Shown: piece after piece, positions 25,410-38,090 of the stretch
Numbering within the stretch: the first letter of the stretch is position 1
Layout: every line of letters starts with the position of its first letter
Source of the DNA: Vicugna vicugna
Lineage: Eukaryota
Length of the DNA: 64,000 nucleotides
Direction: 5' to 3'
NCBI GenBank assembly: GCA_013265495.1
Contig: MU058009.1
Location: 2,358,001-2,422,000 of the forward strand
The notes under the pieces: generated by a model
What the model was told of the DNA's origin: nothing
Database searches by the model: none
What the model saw: only the letters and a program-made list of their open reading frames with translations
Position numbers and translations under genes: made by a program

Positions 25410-25841
25410 GACTTTTCCATATCTGTATAAAATCGCCACTGTTTTTTACTTTATATGTTTCTTTAAAATAACTCAGTTTTTCATTTAGATTTATTTGTTT
25501 AAAAAGGAAACTTGCTATTACAAGCCTAAAAGAAAAATTGGCATCACTTACAATAAATGTAAGACAGCCAAGCATAAAAATAAATTCAACAAAACCAAAA
25601 CAATGTTATTAATGCCCATCTAGCCAGAAACTGTTGCCAGCTTTCAAAGAGCTGAGGCTGTTGTCTCTTTGATAAAAAAGGAGATTGGTGTTGAAAGCTA
25701 CGTGCCTATTCCCACCGTACTGAGACTTTCTCTTTGACTACTGACCTTGCTAATAAACAGACTGTAATGTCTCCTCGTGTGACTCAATTTAATTTGATGC
25801 CATGTCCTTCTATCACCTAAATCTCTCACTCTGGGAAACAC
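25410..25841. mobile_element. MER113-like hAT-Charlie element
   Basis: 'aaaacaatgttattaatg...ctagccagaaactgttgcc...tgagactttctc...atcacctaaatctc...tgggaaacac'. Confidence 0.65.
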
Positions 25842-25970
25842 AGGTGAAGGAGGACGAGATCCTTGTGAACACAGCAAGTGGGAAACCATCCTACTTGGGG
25901 CTTAAGAGGAATCTATTTTTGCTTCTCCTAAGAAGAGATGAGAAGACATGAAGGGAAAGAGAGAGACGGG

Positions 25971-26399
25971 TGTATTCATTCCTAGGACGGCCATGACAAG
26001 TAACCACAAACTTGCTGTCATAAAATGATAGAAATTTGTTTTCCTGCAGTTCTGCAAGTCAGAAATCCAAAGCAAGGGGCTGGCAGAGCCACATCCCCTC
26101 CAAAGGCTCAAACGAAAATTCCTTCCTGGCTTCTTCCAGCCCTGGGTTGTGGCTGCACGACTGATCTCTGCCTCCGTCTTCACATGACGCCTCTCCCTTC
26201 TTCCTACAGGTCTCTTATAAGGACACTTGTCAATGGATTAGGGTCCACCCCAAGTCCAGAACGATCTCGTCTCAAGATCCTTACTTATATCTGCTACTTA
26301 ATTACCTCTTACGTGCTTTTTCCCAAATAAAGTCAAGTTTACAGCTTCCACCAACGTTGGAACACCCACATACCTTTTTGGGGTCATCATTCATTCCAC
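25971..26399 (-). mobile_element. MLT1 (MaLR) solo LTR
   Basis: 'tgtattcattcctaggacggccatgacaagtaaccacaaac...cttataaggacacttgtcaatggattagggtccacc...tcaagatccttact'. Confidence 0.85.
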
Positions 26400-26699
26400 G
26401 TTGGTGGACAAGACTGAAAGAATCAGTGACATGCTTTTAAAATAGAAATTTATCTGAATCAAATTTCCTGGTGGCTAGTCAGCAAAATGATCATTTGAAA
26501 TGGGGATGTCAAATGTTCCATTTGAAATTATTTAAATTGCTAAAACTCTCCTCTCTTTCTCCCTGGACTTTTAATCAGGCTATTACACACACCCATATAC
26601 ACACATGCTCACAGACACAACTTTTTAAACTCTCCTGTTTGTATGTATGCTTGTATATTTTTATCTTAAGTGCACACACAGTAGATGAACTCTTCGTTT

Positions 26700-27460
26700 T
26701 ATGAGACACTATTGTTATTGGCCCTTTGCAAGACCCCATTTTGTCTTATTCTGTTCCTTTTTTTACTCAACATTCTATTTTTGAGAACTGTTCACATCAT
26801 TACATATATTTCAAGCTCATTCCTTCCAAATACTAGACAGTATTCCATCAGGTACATAGAGTACATTTTATTACTAGTAGGTTCCCCACGACGGACCCCT
26901 AAGACACGTCCATCTCTTTGCTACCACAGTCAGTTTTATGATGGACACTCTTTTGATGTCTCCTGCAGTCATGTGTGAGTCTTTTCTCCTGTGGTGTTGC
27001 CTGGTCACAGGGCAAATGCACATGTATGTTTATCAAGTACAGCTCTGCAAAAAGGCTGCGCCAGCTTACCCTTCACCAGCCGCACGTGGGGATTCCCATT
27101 GCTCCACGTCCTTGCCAGCACATACCGTTATGTGGCTTCGTAAATTTGCCAGTCAAATGAATGTAAAGCATCGTCTTAATCTGCCTTTTAGGTTCGCATC
27201 TCTCTGATGACTAGAAAGGTGAAGGTAAATAGTCGTTATCAACTATTAACACGTGACTAGTCGTGTTTCCTTTTCTGTGCATTGCCTACTCTTAGGCTAC
27301 TCCTAGTTTTCTTTTGAGTGCCCATGTTACTAATCCCGTCTTGCTTATAGTTACAGCAAACACCTTCCACTTCATCAGCTTTTTGCTAATGTCTCGTGGC
27401 ATCCTTTTTGAACAGAAATGTTTCATGTTATGTGTTCAAATAAATCAAGTTTCCTCTTTA
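26700..27460 (-). mobile_element. L1ME-type 3' fragment
   Basis: 'ttttactcaacattctatttttgaga...acagtattccat...ttgctccacgtccttgccagca'. Confidence 0.7.
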
Positions 27461-27464
27461 TGTG

Positions 27465-30255
27465 TGGCTATACTACTATCAGACAAAATAGACTTTTAAG
27501 TCAAAAAACTGTTGCAAGAGACAGAGACAAAACAGATTCCCTAAGAAGACACAATTGCAATTGTAAGTGTATACGCACCACATACCAGAGCTCCTAAATA
27601 CATGAAGCAGACATTGGCAGAACTGAAGGCAGAAATAGATAGCTCTACAACAACAATTTGAGACTTCAGTACCCTTCTTGCAGTAATGGAGAGGATAACC
27701 AGACAAAGGGGCAATAACACCAGAGCAGACTTGAACAACACTATAAACCCGCTGTACCTGGCAGCCACAGCAACACGCACGTGTTTCTCAAGTGCACGTG
27801 GAACACTCTCTGGAGTTGAGCATAATATTAAGCCACAAAACAAGTCTTAATACATTTTAAAAGACCAAAATCATTCAAAGTATCTTTTCCAATCACAAGG
27901 GAATGAAATAATAAAAAAAAATTACAGGAGTAAACTGGAAAATTCACAAATATGTGGTTATTAGACAAAACAGTCTTAAACAACCAATGGGTCAAAGAAG
28001 AAATCACAAGAGAAATTAGGAAATATCTCAAGGAAAATTAAAGCAAAAACACCAAAACTTATGATATGCAGAGAAACGTGTGCTAAAAAGGAAGTTTATG
28101 GCTATAAATACTTATGTTGAAAAAGAAGAAAGATCTCAAAAGCCTAACCTTACAACTGAAGGAACTAGGAAAAGAAGAAACTAAACCCAAAGCTTAAGAA
28201 GCTTTAGAAGGAAGTAAATAATAAAAGGTTAGAGCAGAGATGAAATAGAGAATAGAAAAGCAACAGAGAAAATCAATGACGCCAAGCTGGCTCTTCAAAA
28301 GGTCAAGAAGAATGACAAACTTCTAGCTAGACTGACTGAAAACTAGAAAACACTCAAATTACTGAAATCAAAACTGGAAGTGGGGTATTACTACCAATTA
28401 TACAGAAATAAAAAGGACTGTAAGAGTGCATTATGAATAATTACAGCAACAGATTGGGGATAACCTAGATTAAATGGGCAAATTTCTAGAAACACTCCTG
28501 AGACTGAATCATGAAAAGACAGAAAATCTAAACAGACCAATAACTGGTCAGGAGACTGAATCGGTCGTCAAAAACCTCCAAATAAAAAAGTCCTAGACCC
28601 AAAGGCTTCACTGGTGAATCCTCTCAAACATTTAAAAAAGAATAAATACTAACCGCCCTCAAACTCTTCAAAAAACGTTGAAGCGAAGGGACACTTCCTA
28701 ATTCATTCTATGAGACCAGCGTTATCAAGGCAAATAAAGGTATCATAAGAAGAGAATACAGATGCAATATAGATGCAAAAATTCTTCACAAGATGCTATC
28801 AGACTGAATTCAGCAGCACATTAAAAAGATTATTCACCCACCATGAACAACGTAGGTCACCTGGACTTCACCAAAATTTAAAAACAAGTCTTGTGTGGCC
28901 AAGGATACTGTGAAGAGCGTGAAGAGAGAACCCACAGAAAGGGAGAGAACATTTGTAAATCACCCCTGGTACAAGTTTCGCACCCAGAGCACGTAAAGAG
29001 CGCCTGCCACTGAGTAACAAAATGACAGCTCAGTTCAAAAATGGACAAAAGACGCAAACATGTCTCCAAAGAAGATAAACAAATGGCAAATAAGCACATT
29101 ACGAGATACTCAGCATTATCAGTCGTTAGGATGCAATCAAAACCACAACGAGATACCACTTTGCATCCAGTAGGATGGCCGTAATTTTTTAAAAAGACAG
29201 AAAGTAACAAGGGCTGGCAAGGACGTAGCGAAACTGGAACAATACTGCACACTGCTGGTGGGGATGTTACATGATGCAGCCACTGTGGAAAACATCTGGC
29301 GGTTACTCAGAAAGGTAAACATGGAAACGTATAACCTGGCAATTCCACTCCTAGGTATATACTGGGGGAAAAAAAAAAAGAGGGACTCAGATACTTGTCT
29401 GCCAATGTTCATCTGTTCATAGCAGGATTACTCAAAATAGCTAAAAGGTGGAAACGGTCCATATGTCCATCAACTGATGAACTGATAAACAGGATGTGGA
29501 ATATACTTACAATAGAGTATTACTCAGTCATAAAAAAGGATGGAATTCTGATACATGTTACAGCCTGGATGAACCCTGAAGTTATTATGCTAGGTGAAAT
29601 GAGCTACACACAAAAGGACAAACACTACCTGACTTCACTTACATGAAATATATAGCACAGGGAAATTTACAGAGACAGAAAGTAGATTCGAGGAGACCAG
29701 GGGCTGTGGGAAGGAGGGGTGGGAGTTACTGCTTGATAGGTACAGAGTTTCTGTTTGGGATGATAAAGAATTTTAGAAATATTACAAATAGATACTAGTG
29801 ATGGTTTCACAAACCATGAATATAATTAATGCCACTAAATGGTACCGTGAAAAATGGTTCAAAAGGCAAGTTTTACGTTATATTACCACAATAAAAATTA
29901 AAATAAACGAAGTGATCGTCCTCCACTGCAATAAGGAGGAAGGAACTGCTGATACACAAAACGACTTGGATGAATCTCAAAAACATATTGTTAACTGAGA
30001 GGAGACAGACGTCTCGGGAGAAGAGAGAATATGATTCAATATGATTCGGGAAAAATACTGCTGGCGGAGGCTGTGGGTGGGGAGGGGCTGAGCACACAGG
30101 AGCACGAGGCAACTCGCAGGGGTGATGAAGCTGCTTTCTGTTTTGTTTGTGGTGGGGGTCACATGACTACTTACATTTGTCAAACCACACTGAACTGCAC
30201 ATCTAAAAGAATTCATTATGCTCTATGTAAATTATACCTCCATAATCTGGGTTTT
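27465..30255 (+). mobile_element. L1MB-type element (ORF2 with internal deletion plus 3' UTR), followed by a second old L1 3' end
   Basis: Endonuclease region 'tactactatcagacaaaatagactttt', linker, a jump at ~28850 to C-terminal ORF2, 3' UTR to the A-rich end ~29905, another 3' end to ~30255. Confidence 0.88.
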
Positions 30256-31374
30256 TAATGCCGCTGGCAGAGATGTTGGCCTGTGCAGGTGGAAACCCGC
30301 GGACGCCCCGTCGGGTCTCAGCAGTTAACCCGTCCTTGCAGCTCTCTTCTGGTGCAGCCCCAGCAGCAGCCCGCCGAGTGCCATGAGTCTGAGAGCTCTT
30401 GGCTGGATGACATTTTTTTATTTCCAACAAGTCTCTAGGTTGGGGTCATTTCCAACTTGGAAACTTGGCAAATGGGGACCCACTGGCTGGTGATGGAGAA
30501 GTGGAGGTGATGGTTGGTTGGAGGCCTGGGGTGCAGGGAACCAAAGGCGGAGCTGGGGAGGGAGACAGGGGAGGGCAAGGGGCCCTGAGCACCACCCCCA
30601 CCACCTCATCCTTCCTTTCATATTCCCTCTGCCAAAAAAGGGGAAACTCCTCCTTTTTGACAACCCTGCCTCAAAAGCCTGTGGCAGCTGCTCCCTGCAG
30701 TCGGACACGGGAGCTTGGTCTCTACAGGCTTAGGGGCTCCTTGCCTGATGCCCTTGGAGCAAAACAGATGCACTTCTGGTGGCAGGCCCGTCACCCTCCA
30801 CACTGCCCAGGGACGTGCACGGCCTGCAGGGCCCGCTCCCCTCCTGAGGGCCCGTCCAGGCCTGTGGTAGTTTCCTCTCCTAACCCCTCCAGCCCAGCAG
30901 GGGTAGTTGGGGGCCGGCCAGGCGCTTGCCCCGCCGCCATGGGAAACTGCTCCCCTGCTGGCCCCAGCCAGGAAGGTAATTGCTGGAAAGGTAACTGTTG
31001 TCCTCGGCTCCCTCGGGCGTGGCAGGAAACTCTGCTGACTCTCCCAGTGCCGTGGGCTCTCACTTCCAGATGCACCTGGGGACGTGGCATGGCTCTGGGC
31101 AAGCTGGGAAGGGACAGTGAGGAAAATGAGCAAGAAGCCGGCACTTTTGGGGGTGGGCACAGAGGCTGACCCAGAGTTTGCCTGCCTTGGTCGGCATCTC
31201 GCACCACAGGGTTTAGCAGGGACCTTTGAAACAACCCCAGAGAACCATCCCCCCATGTCATCTTGCTCCTGAAGCACATGTGGCCCAGAGGCGTGACCTG
31301 ATTTGCCCAAAGTGTCACAGCAGGTGAATGGCAGAGCCAGGTCTGGAGTGAGTTCTCCTGGAGGATCTCGGCTC

Positions 31375-31790
31375 ACATGAAATCCCCCGGTGGCTCCCTT
31401 TTCCCCCAGAGTAGAAGCTGAAGTCCTTAAGGTGGCCTCCCGGCCCGCGTGAAAGAGTCACCAGCCCCTCCCCAACCTCACTCCTGCAAGTCTCACCTTT
31501 TCAGTCAGGTGTCTCTGAACATCCCGTTGCACAGTCCAGCCGGCCCCTTGCCCTTCTGGCACTCTGATCCCCCTCCCCACAACCTACTTTTTCTTCTTTC
31601 TTAGCACCTCCCACTCCTAACTCACCCTTCAGAGTCCATATTTATTGTGTTTCGTGTTACTGTCTCCCCTGCCCCCAGAAGGCCAGCTTCTCAGGGCAGG
31701 GTGCCATCTGTTTTATTCACTGCTGTGACCCCAGCAACCACAGGGAGGTCCAACTCTACTGGCATTTGATGAATCAATGATTAAATGAGC
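31375..31790 (+). mobile_element. L2 fragment
   Basis: 'agaaggccagcttctcagggcaggg...ttattcactgctgtgacccca...tgatgaatcaatga'. Confidence 0.65.
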
Positions 31791-32869
31791 TCTTTAAAGT
31801 GCAAGGTGCTATATATTTACTGGTCTTTCTAAATACCCACCCCCAGAGGCTTACTATCACACTTACCAAATGATACACCTGCTTTTTTAATTTACCCCCC
31901 CAAAAAGGGATGTCTAAAACCGAAGTCCCCTCCACGCCCTGACAATCCCCGTCTGGGACCTCAGTTGGATGAAGAGATACCGTGTTTTTGAGTTAGAAAG
32001 GACTGGTACCGGACTAAACACCTGCGGGCAACAAGGTGCCAGTGCAGCTGGCCCCAGTGGCCCTGCCTGGGACTCAGAATGCCTCCCTCCCCCATGCTCT
32101 CCTGTTGGACGTGGCACTGGGGGCTCAGTCACATATTCAAGCAGCTACTGTCAGGCCAGGATTTGTGGCGGTTCCCAGGAGCCCATTAAAATGCATGGGA
32201 GTCTGTTTCGCTTTGATTTCTAAAGGAGCAGCCTCGAAGTCCTCCTCGTCCCACTGCCACCCGATACTCGGTAAGTTTATCCGACTGACAGCCAGCAGTC
32301 TGCGGAGGGAGTCCCGTTTGCTGAGCACTTGGCCCTGGTTTTTACACGCGTTGTCACCCATCACCCTCCTAACAACCCTGCAGTGCAGGTGTCGGCTCCA
32401 TTTTCTGTTTTAGGAGACTTAGGCTCAGCGAAGGTGAGGGACTCCCTGGAGTCATGGCTGGTGGGGGCGAAGGCAAAGGATGCAAAGTCAATTTCTTTGT
32501 AATAGACCAGGCTTCCTTCTGTGGGGGACCCACACTTACTACAGGAATAAATAACTGAAGGCACATGACTCTACAGGACTGAAGCAGAGAATAGGGACGT
32601 TTGAAGAGAGAGGAGGGGTAAAGGAAAGGCCAGAGCATCGAGACCAGGCCTGTTGAGGGCACACGTCGAGGGCACTGGAAGGAGGTGCTGACGAGGAGCA
32701 GGTGAGCAGGTGCAGAGGAGCAAGGGGGGACGTGGCTGTAGCCCATCCGTCCTTGCGGCCATCCTGCTCGCCTCTCCGCTGAGAACGGCAGCGCCTCGTC
32801 TCGCACACCCGCTGCTTTCCGTGGCTCTCAGATGCTTTCTGCCCACTCCCTCCCTACAGCCTCAGACCA

Positions 32870-33030
32870 ATTCTGCGGGGTGGAGGTGTCTGTCTCATTT
32901 CATGAACGAGAAAACTGAGGCTCACGGAGGCCAAAGAACTTGCTGGAGGTCACACAACCAATTTAGTGGCAGCTCCAGGTCTCTGTCCAAGTCTTGTGGT
33001 CCCCAAGCCCAGTGTTACTACCTTTCCTAA
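32870..33030 (-). mobile_element. MIR SINE
   Basis: 'catttcatgaacgagaaaactgaggctcacggagg...aacttgctggaggtcacaca'. Confidence 0.7.
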
Positions 33031-33399
33031 GTGAAGAGAATCACGTCTCATTGTAACAACAAGCAGTAGCCAGGATCAGAGGAAGAGGGGCCCAGGGAGG
33101 GACACTAATATAACTAAGATGTTTTGACATATAAACTCCTGGCACTGTGTACAAGATCTTCCAGCCCCCAGCTCAGCTGCCGGTACCGTGGGGTGTCAGT
33201 GCCCAAAGGCCTCTGCCATGTGGCTTGTGTCCTGGTCCCAGAGCCTGGTCCCTCCAGCCTCCAGGTGGGGACTGAGGGCAGCATCTATTCCCAACTCCCT
33301 GCTTAGGAGGTGGTGGAGACGCCCTGCAGCCCAGTGGGCAACCAGTCCCCGCCAGGAGCTGGCACCACAGCTGAGGGAGGCGCCACAAGGAAAGAAAAC

Positions 33400-35262
33400 A
33401 GCTCCTGGTGGTGGGAGACCTGCACACTGAAGACAGGGAGACTGAGGAAACTGAAGAACACACAAAAAAATGCAAAGCTGTTCCATGCTTGCAGATTGGA
33501 ACACTTAATTTTGGTAAAATGTCCACATTGTGCAAAGCAATCCACAGATTCAATGCAATCCCTATCAACATACCCATAGCATTTTTCACAGAAATAGAAG
33601 AAACAGTCCTAAAATTTGGGTGGAACTACCAGAGGCCCCAAATAGCCAAAGCAATCTTGAGAAGGAAGAACGTGGCTGGACGCCTCACACTCCCTGATTT
33701 CAAGCCGTATGACCCAAAACTAAGGTAATCAAAACGGTTTGTCAGTGGCTTAAAAACAGATGCAAAGATCAATGCAGGAGAACTGAGAGCCCAGAAACAA
33801 ACCCACACTTATACGGCCAATTACTTTCCTGCAAAAGAGCCAAGAATATACCACGGGGAAAGGACACTCTTTTCAGTAAGTGGCGTTGGGAAAACTGACC
33901 GCCACTTGCAAAAGAATGAAATTAAACCACTACCTGACACCACACACAGAGATTTACCTAAAATGCATTAACAACAACATAAGACCTGAAACCCTAAAAC
34001 TCCTGGAACTAAACGTAGTCAGTAAGCTCATTGACATTGGTCTTGGCAATGAATTTTTGGGTCTGACTTCAAAAGCAAATGCAACAACAGCAAAAACAAA
34101 CAAGTGGGACAGCATCAAGCTGGAACATGTCTACACAGCAAAGGAAGCCCTCAAGGGAATGAAAAAGCAACCCACCACAGGGGAGGAAACGTTTGTAAAT
34201 CATGTATCTGATAAGAGGTTAATCGCCAACATATATAAAGAACTCATACAACTTAATAGCAAAAAAAAAAATCTGATTTTAAAAATGGGCAGAGGATCTG
34301 AACAGCTATTTTTCCAAAGAAGACATATAAATGGCCACAGGTACATGAAAAAAATGATCAACATCAGTAAATCATCGGGGAAGTGCGAATCAGAACCACA
34401 GTGAGCTACCACCTCATGCCTATCAGAACGGCTGTCATCAGAAAGACAGGATCTCTCCCGTCTGGCAAGGACGAGCTGGCAAGGACATGGGGAAAAGGGA
34501 CCCTTTGTGCGCTGCTGGTGGGAACGTAAACGGCGCAGTCGCTATGGAAAACAGTACGGAGGGTCTTCAAAACATTGAAACTAGAGCCACCACATGATCC
34601 AGCAATTCCATTTGGCGGTATTTATCTGCAGAAAATGAAAACACTAATTTAAAAAGATACCTGCACTCCCATGTTCACTGCAGCATTTTTCACAGTAGCC
34701 AAGTTATGGAAGCAGCCTAAGTGTCCACTGATGGAAGACTGGATGAAGACGACGTGGTATATAAATGCAACGGGGTACTACTCAGCCATAAAAAGAATGA
34801 AATCTTGTCATTTGCAGCAACACAGATAGACCTTGAGAGCATTGTGCTCAGTGAAGTAAGTCAGACGGAGAGAGACACACAGCAATGATCTCTTTATATG
34901 TGGAACCTAAACAAGCAAAAGCTAAGCTCATAGATACAGAGAAGAGGCTGGCGGTTGCCAGAGGTGGCGGGTAGGTAGGGGGAGAAACCCCTGAAGGAAG
35001 TCCAAAGGTACCAACTCCCAGTTATAAAATACTCCAGTCCTGGGGATGCGACGTACGGCATGGTGACTGTAAGTTAACAATGTTGTATTGCATAGTTGAA
35101 AGTTGCTAACACAGTGAATCTTGAAAGTATGGTGTATGGTGATGAGTGTTAACTAGACTTATCGTGGAGATCATGTCACAAGATATACAAATATAGAATC
35201 ATTAGGTTGTACACCTGAAACTAATGTAGTGTTACATGTCAACTATACCTCAATTTAAAAAA
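33400..35262 (+). mobile_element. 5'-truncated L1MA9-like element (ORF2 C-terminus plus 3' UTR)
   Basis: ORFs 33408-33728 ('[23 protein letters not shown]...[10 protein letters not shown]...LTLPDFK') and 33880-34404 are L1 ORF2; 3' end 'acacctgaaactaatgtagtgttacatgtcaactatacctcaatttaaaa'. Confidence 0.92.
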
Positions 35263-35602
35263 GAAGAGGAAGAAAGTAGTTTTTGGTACTCTCTGTAGCC
35301 AGGAGAGAGAGATCGGGGTGCCCCAGACTGATGGGGTGCTGGGCCACTGCCCCCAAAACACTGAGCGATGCCCTCACACACCACAGCTTGCAAACCCTGG
35401 CCCAGGAAACCATTTAAAACATGCCTGCCCTTCATCAAATCCAGGATTGGCCCAGACTCCCTGATGGAGGGACCAGGCACCATGTGCCCTCAAGGTGGCC
35501 TTCATCTCTGGAGGCAGATGTTGGCACCTGCAGGCACTGACAGGGGACAGACACTGCAAGGTTTTTCTGGGAGGGCCCTGCTTGTGCCAGACTGGTCTCA
35601 AC

Positions 35603-35635
35603 TAGGCCCCCTGGTGGTAAGAGCGTTATTTGCAG
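35603..35635 (-). promoter_or_regulatory. Candidate CTCF site with upstream motif
   Basis: Minus strand reads CTGCAAATAACGCTCTTACCACCAGGGGGCCTA: core CCACCAGGGGGC with CTGCA upstream. Confidence 0.55.
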
Positions 35636-36289
35636 GATGGGTGGGTTCCGGCACTGACAGTTCCTCCCATCTCGGGAACTGAACCCATAACCTAAGGAAC
35701 ACCAAGTCGCATCAATGTCGCTCCGTTGGGAGACCTCTGGCTGGACTATGCTGGGGCCTCCCTACTGCAAGATGGCACAGTGCTGCCGTGTGATTGCCTC
35801 TGACAAAAAAAGACACTGCAGAAACCCTAGTGTAAGCTAGTGTCTTATTGGTAACTACTGCAGAGGGCAGTAAGAGGCTCTTAAAAAGTAGACTTGAGTG
35901 AATGAAGGAAGGAAGGAAGGAACGAATTATTCACAAGTTATCCTAAGACAGCCCCTGACTAACCGGTTTGTCCTTGGCGCCTCCTACCCCGGCTTTGAGC
36001 CCACGTGCCCTGGGCTTGCTGGCTGCCCAGGCCCACCTGCGATGTGCAGGTGTTTGTCTCCACCTGCCTCTTCGGGGGGTGAGAACTGCAGCCCTGGGAG
36101 GGAGGTCGGGTTTCAGAGCGAGCTCTTTCTGTACAGGGGCTGGAAAGAGTAAAAGATGGAAAACTGAAAAGCCCCGAGATTTCTCACTACTTTCTTTGAC
36201 AATCCTGAAAAAGACTTAAAGTGACTCCGTGCTTCCTGAGTGAGCTCACTCCATGGCCTGGGGATGATTCCATGACCTCCAAGCAAAGG

Positions 36290-36490
36290 CAGATAGCAAC
36301 TGAGAGCTGAGATTATTGAAGAGATTAATTTCCCCATACAGAGCAATTTCCAACCCCACTCCCTTTTTTTTTCACATAGGCAGCAGTTCAATAAATAATT
36401 AATGCTTGTTAATCTTTTAGCTATTTCTCCTGTTGTAAAAAAATTAATTGGTCTTCCATCATCTATTGCATTGTAACCTAGAGGTATTTG
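36290..36490. promoter_or_regulatory. Candidate conserved enhancer (homeodomain-site cluster)
   Basis: Repeat-free AT island in GC-rich surroundings with ATTAAT, TAATTAAT, TTAATC and AATTAATTG. Confidence 0.45.
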
Positions 36491-37879
36491 GCTCCTGTCC
36501 ACCACCTGCTGAAACTTGCTCCTCCTGACGCCCGCTGGTGTGTGGCAGTGACAGCGGCAGTCGTGCCCAGCCCCCGGGTTCAGGGCATGAATGGGAGTGC
36601 TCAGCGCAGCAGCCGCAGCACCTCCAGGCAGAAGCTCCTCCACCAACACTGCCCCTTTCTTTCACAAAGCTCGGGGAGTTTGCAAGCACTCTTCCTCCCA
36701 TCTCTTCTGTAGTTGCTGAGACTCCCGTTTTGCAAAAGAGGTTGAGAAAGATTAATGATGGGGTGGGGGAGCAGCACCCCATCTCCCTCCAGGCCTCTGA
36801 CTAGGGTCATCAGAGGTCCTGGGATCTCTTTCTGGCTTTTCCCACTGAGCTGTGCCTCAGTTTGCCTGCACAAAATTCTCAGATCCACAGATGGCAAGAT
36901 GGGGAGGGTCAGGAAGGGAGGGAAGACTCGGTAGATGACTTGGTTCCCCTAACTTCAACTACTACATTTTTCCCTCTTCTAAATCATAAATCAATTGTGC
37001 TGTCGCCTCTAGGAAGTCCTCCTAGATTAAACCAGTCTGACAGCCCCCACCCAATGCCTGACTTGCCCTTCCCCCTCGGTGCCCTTTGGTGATTATTTTA
37101 ATGACAAAGTCTGTTGATGACTAGTTTGTCTTCTTTGTCTCTCATATTAGGATTTAAGCCCTGGTAGGGCAGTAGTCCTGTTTGCTCTGGATCAAATATA
37201 CCAAGCACTTGTGGGGCTGCAAAGAGTCTTTTGGAAGAGCTAGGGGCGTCATCTGGAGTAACTAGGGAGAAGTTCAGTAAAAGTGGACCATGAGTCAGCA
37301 GTTGGAACTGTCCCTCTTGGAAAAGCCACTCAGTTGTGTGTGGATCCAAGGGACAAGCACTGTCAGGGGCTCACTCAGCGTCCCAGCCCTGCTACCTCTG
37401 CTACTTAGGAGTGATGTCCCTTCACCTCTCCCTGCCCCAGGACCTCATCTGAAAAAAGTGCCTCTCTCGTAAGTAAGGCTGCTGTAGGGATGGCGTGAGG
37501 TGATGACTGTGGACAATGTTTGCAGACCGTGCAGCACCAAGCATGAGGGTTTATTGTTTGCATCGTCTGTGTGGTCTTCTCACTCCCCACCCTGTCCTAG
37601 AACCATCTTCAGAGACACCATCCTGTGCTCACCTTGCAAACAGCCTGGTTCCAGGCTGGTTCACCATCCTGCTCTTCTGGTTTCTTAAGGTAGTTTGGTG
37701 GCAGAATGCTAGAATGTCAGAGCCAGAAGGGCCCCTTCAGGTCAGCCAGCTCCCCATTTCACAGCAGGAAAACCAAAGTCCAAAGGTGGGCTTGTACGTC
37801 CTCAGGGCAGCCCTGTCCCAACCCCGCGGCCCCGAGTCATCCTGCTGGGCAGGGCACGCCTTAGTGAGCGCATCTTTTT

Positions 37880-38090
37880 TTTTGCATACTCACCTCATGC
37901 CAGGCTCTCTGCTAAGCACTTTACATGAATTATCCAATTCAACCCGCACACAACTCTGCGGGGTCGGGACAATTACTAGCCTCACTATACGGACAGGGCA
38001 ACGGAAGCACTGACGGCACCAACTAAGCGTGTCAAAGCCAGATTCCAAGTGGTCCCAGAGAGCGTGCTCTGATGTGCTCCACCAGCCCCC
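37880..38090 (-). mobile_element. MIR SINE
   Basis: 'atgccaggctctctgctaagcactttacatgaattatccaattcaacc...caactctgc'. Confidence 0.7.

Noticed and set aside
30465..31376. 234- and 252-aa overlapping ORFs
   Set aside because: GC-rich low-information peptides with no recognisable homology or exon structure
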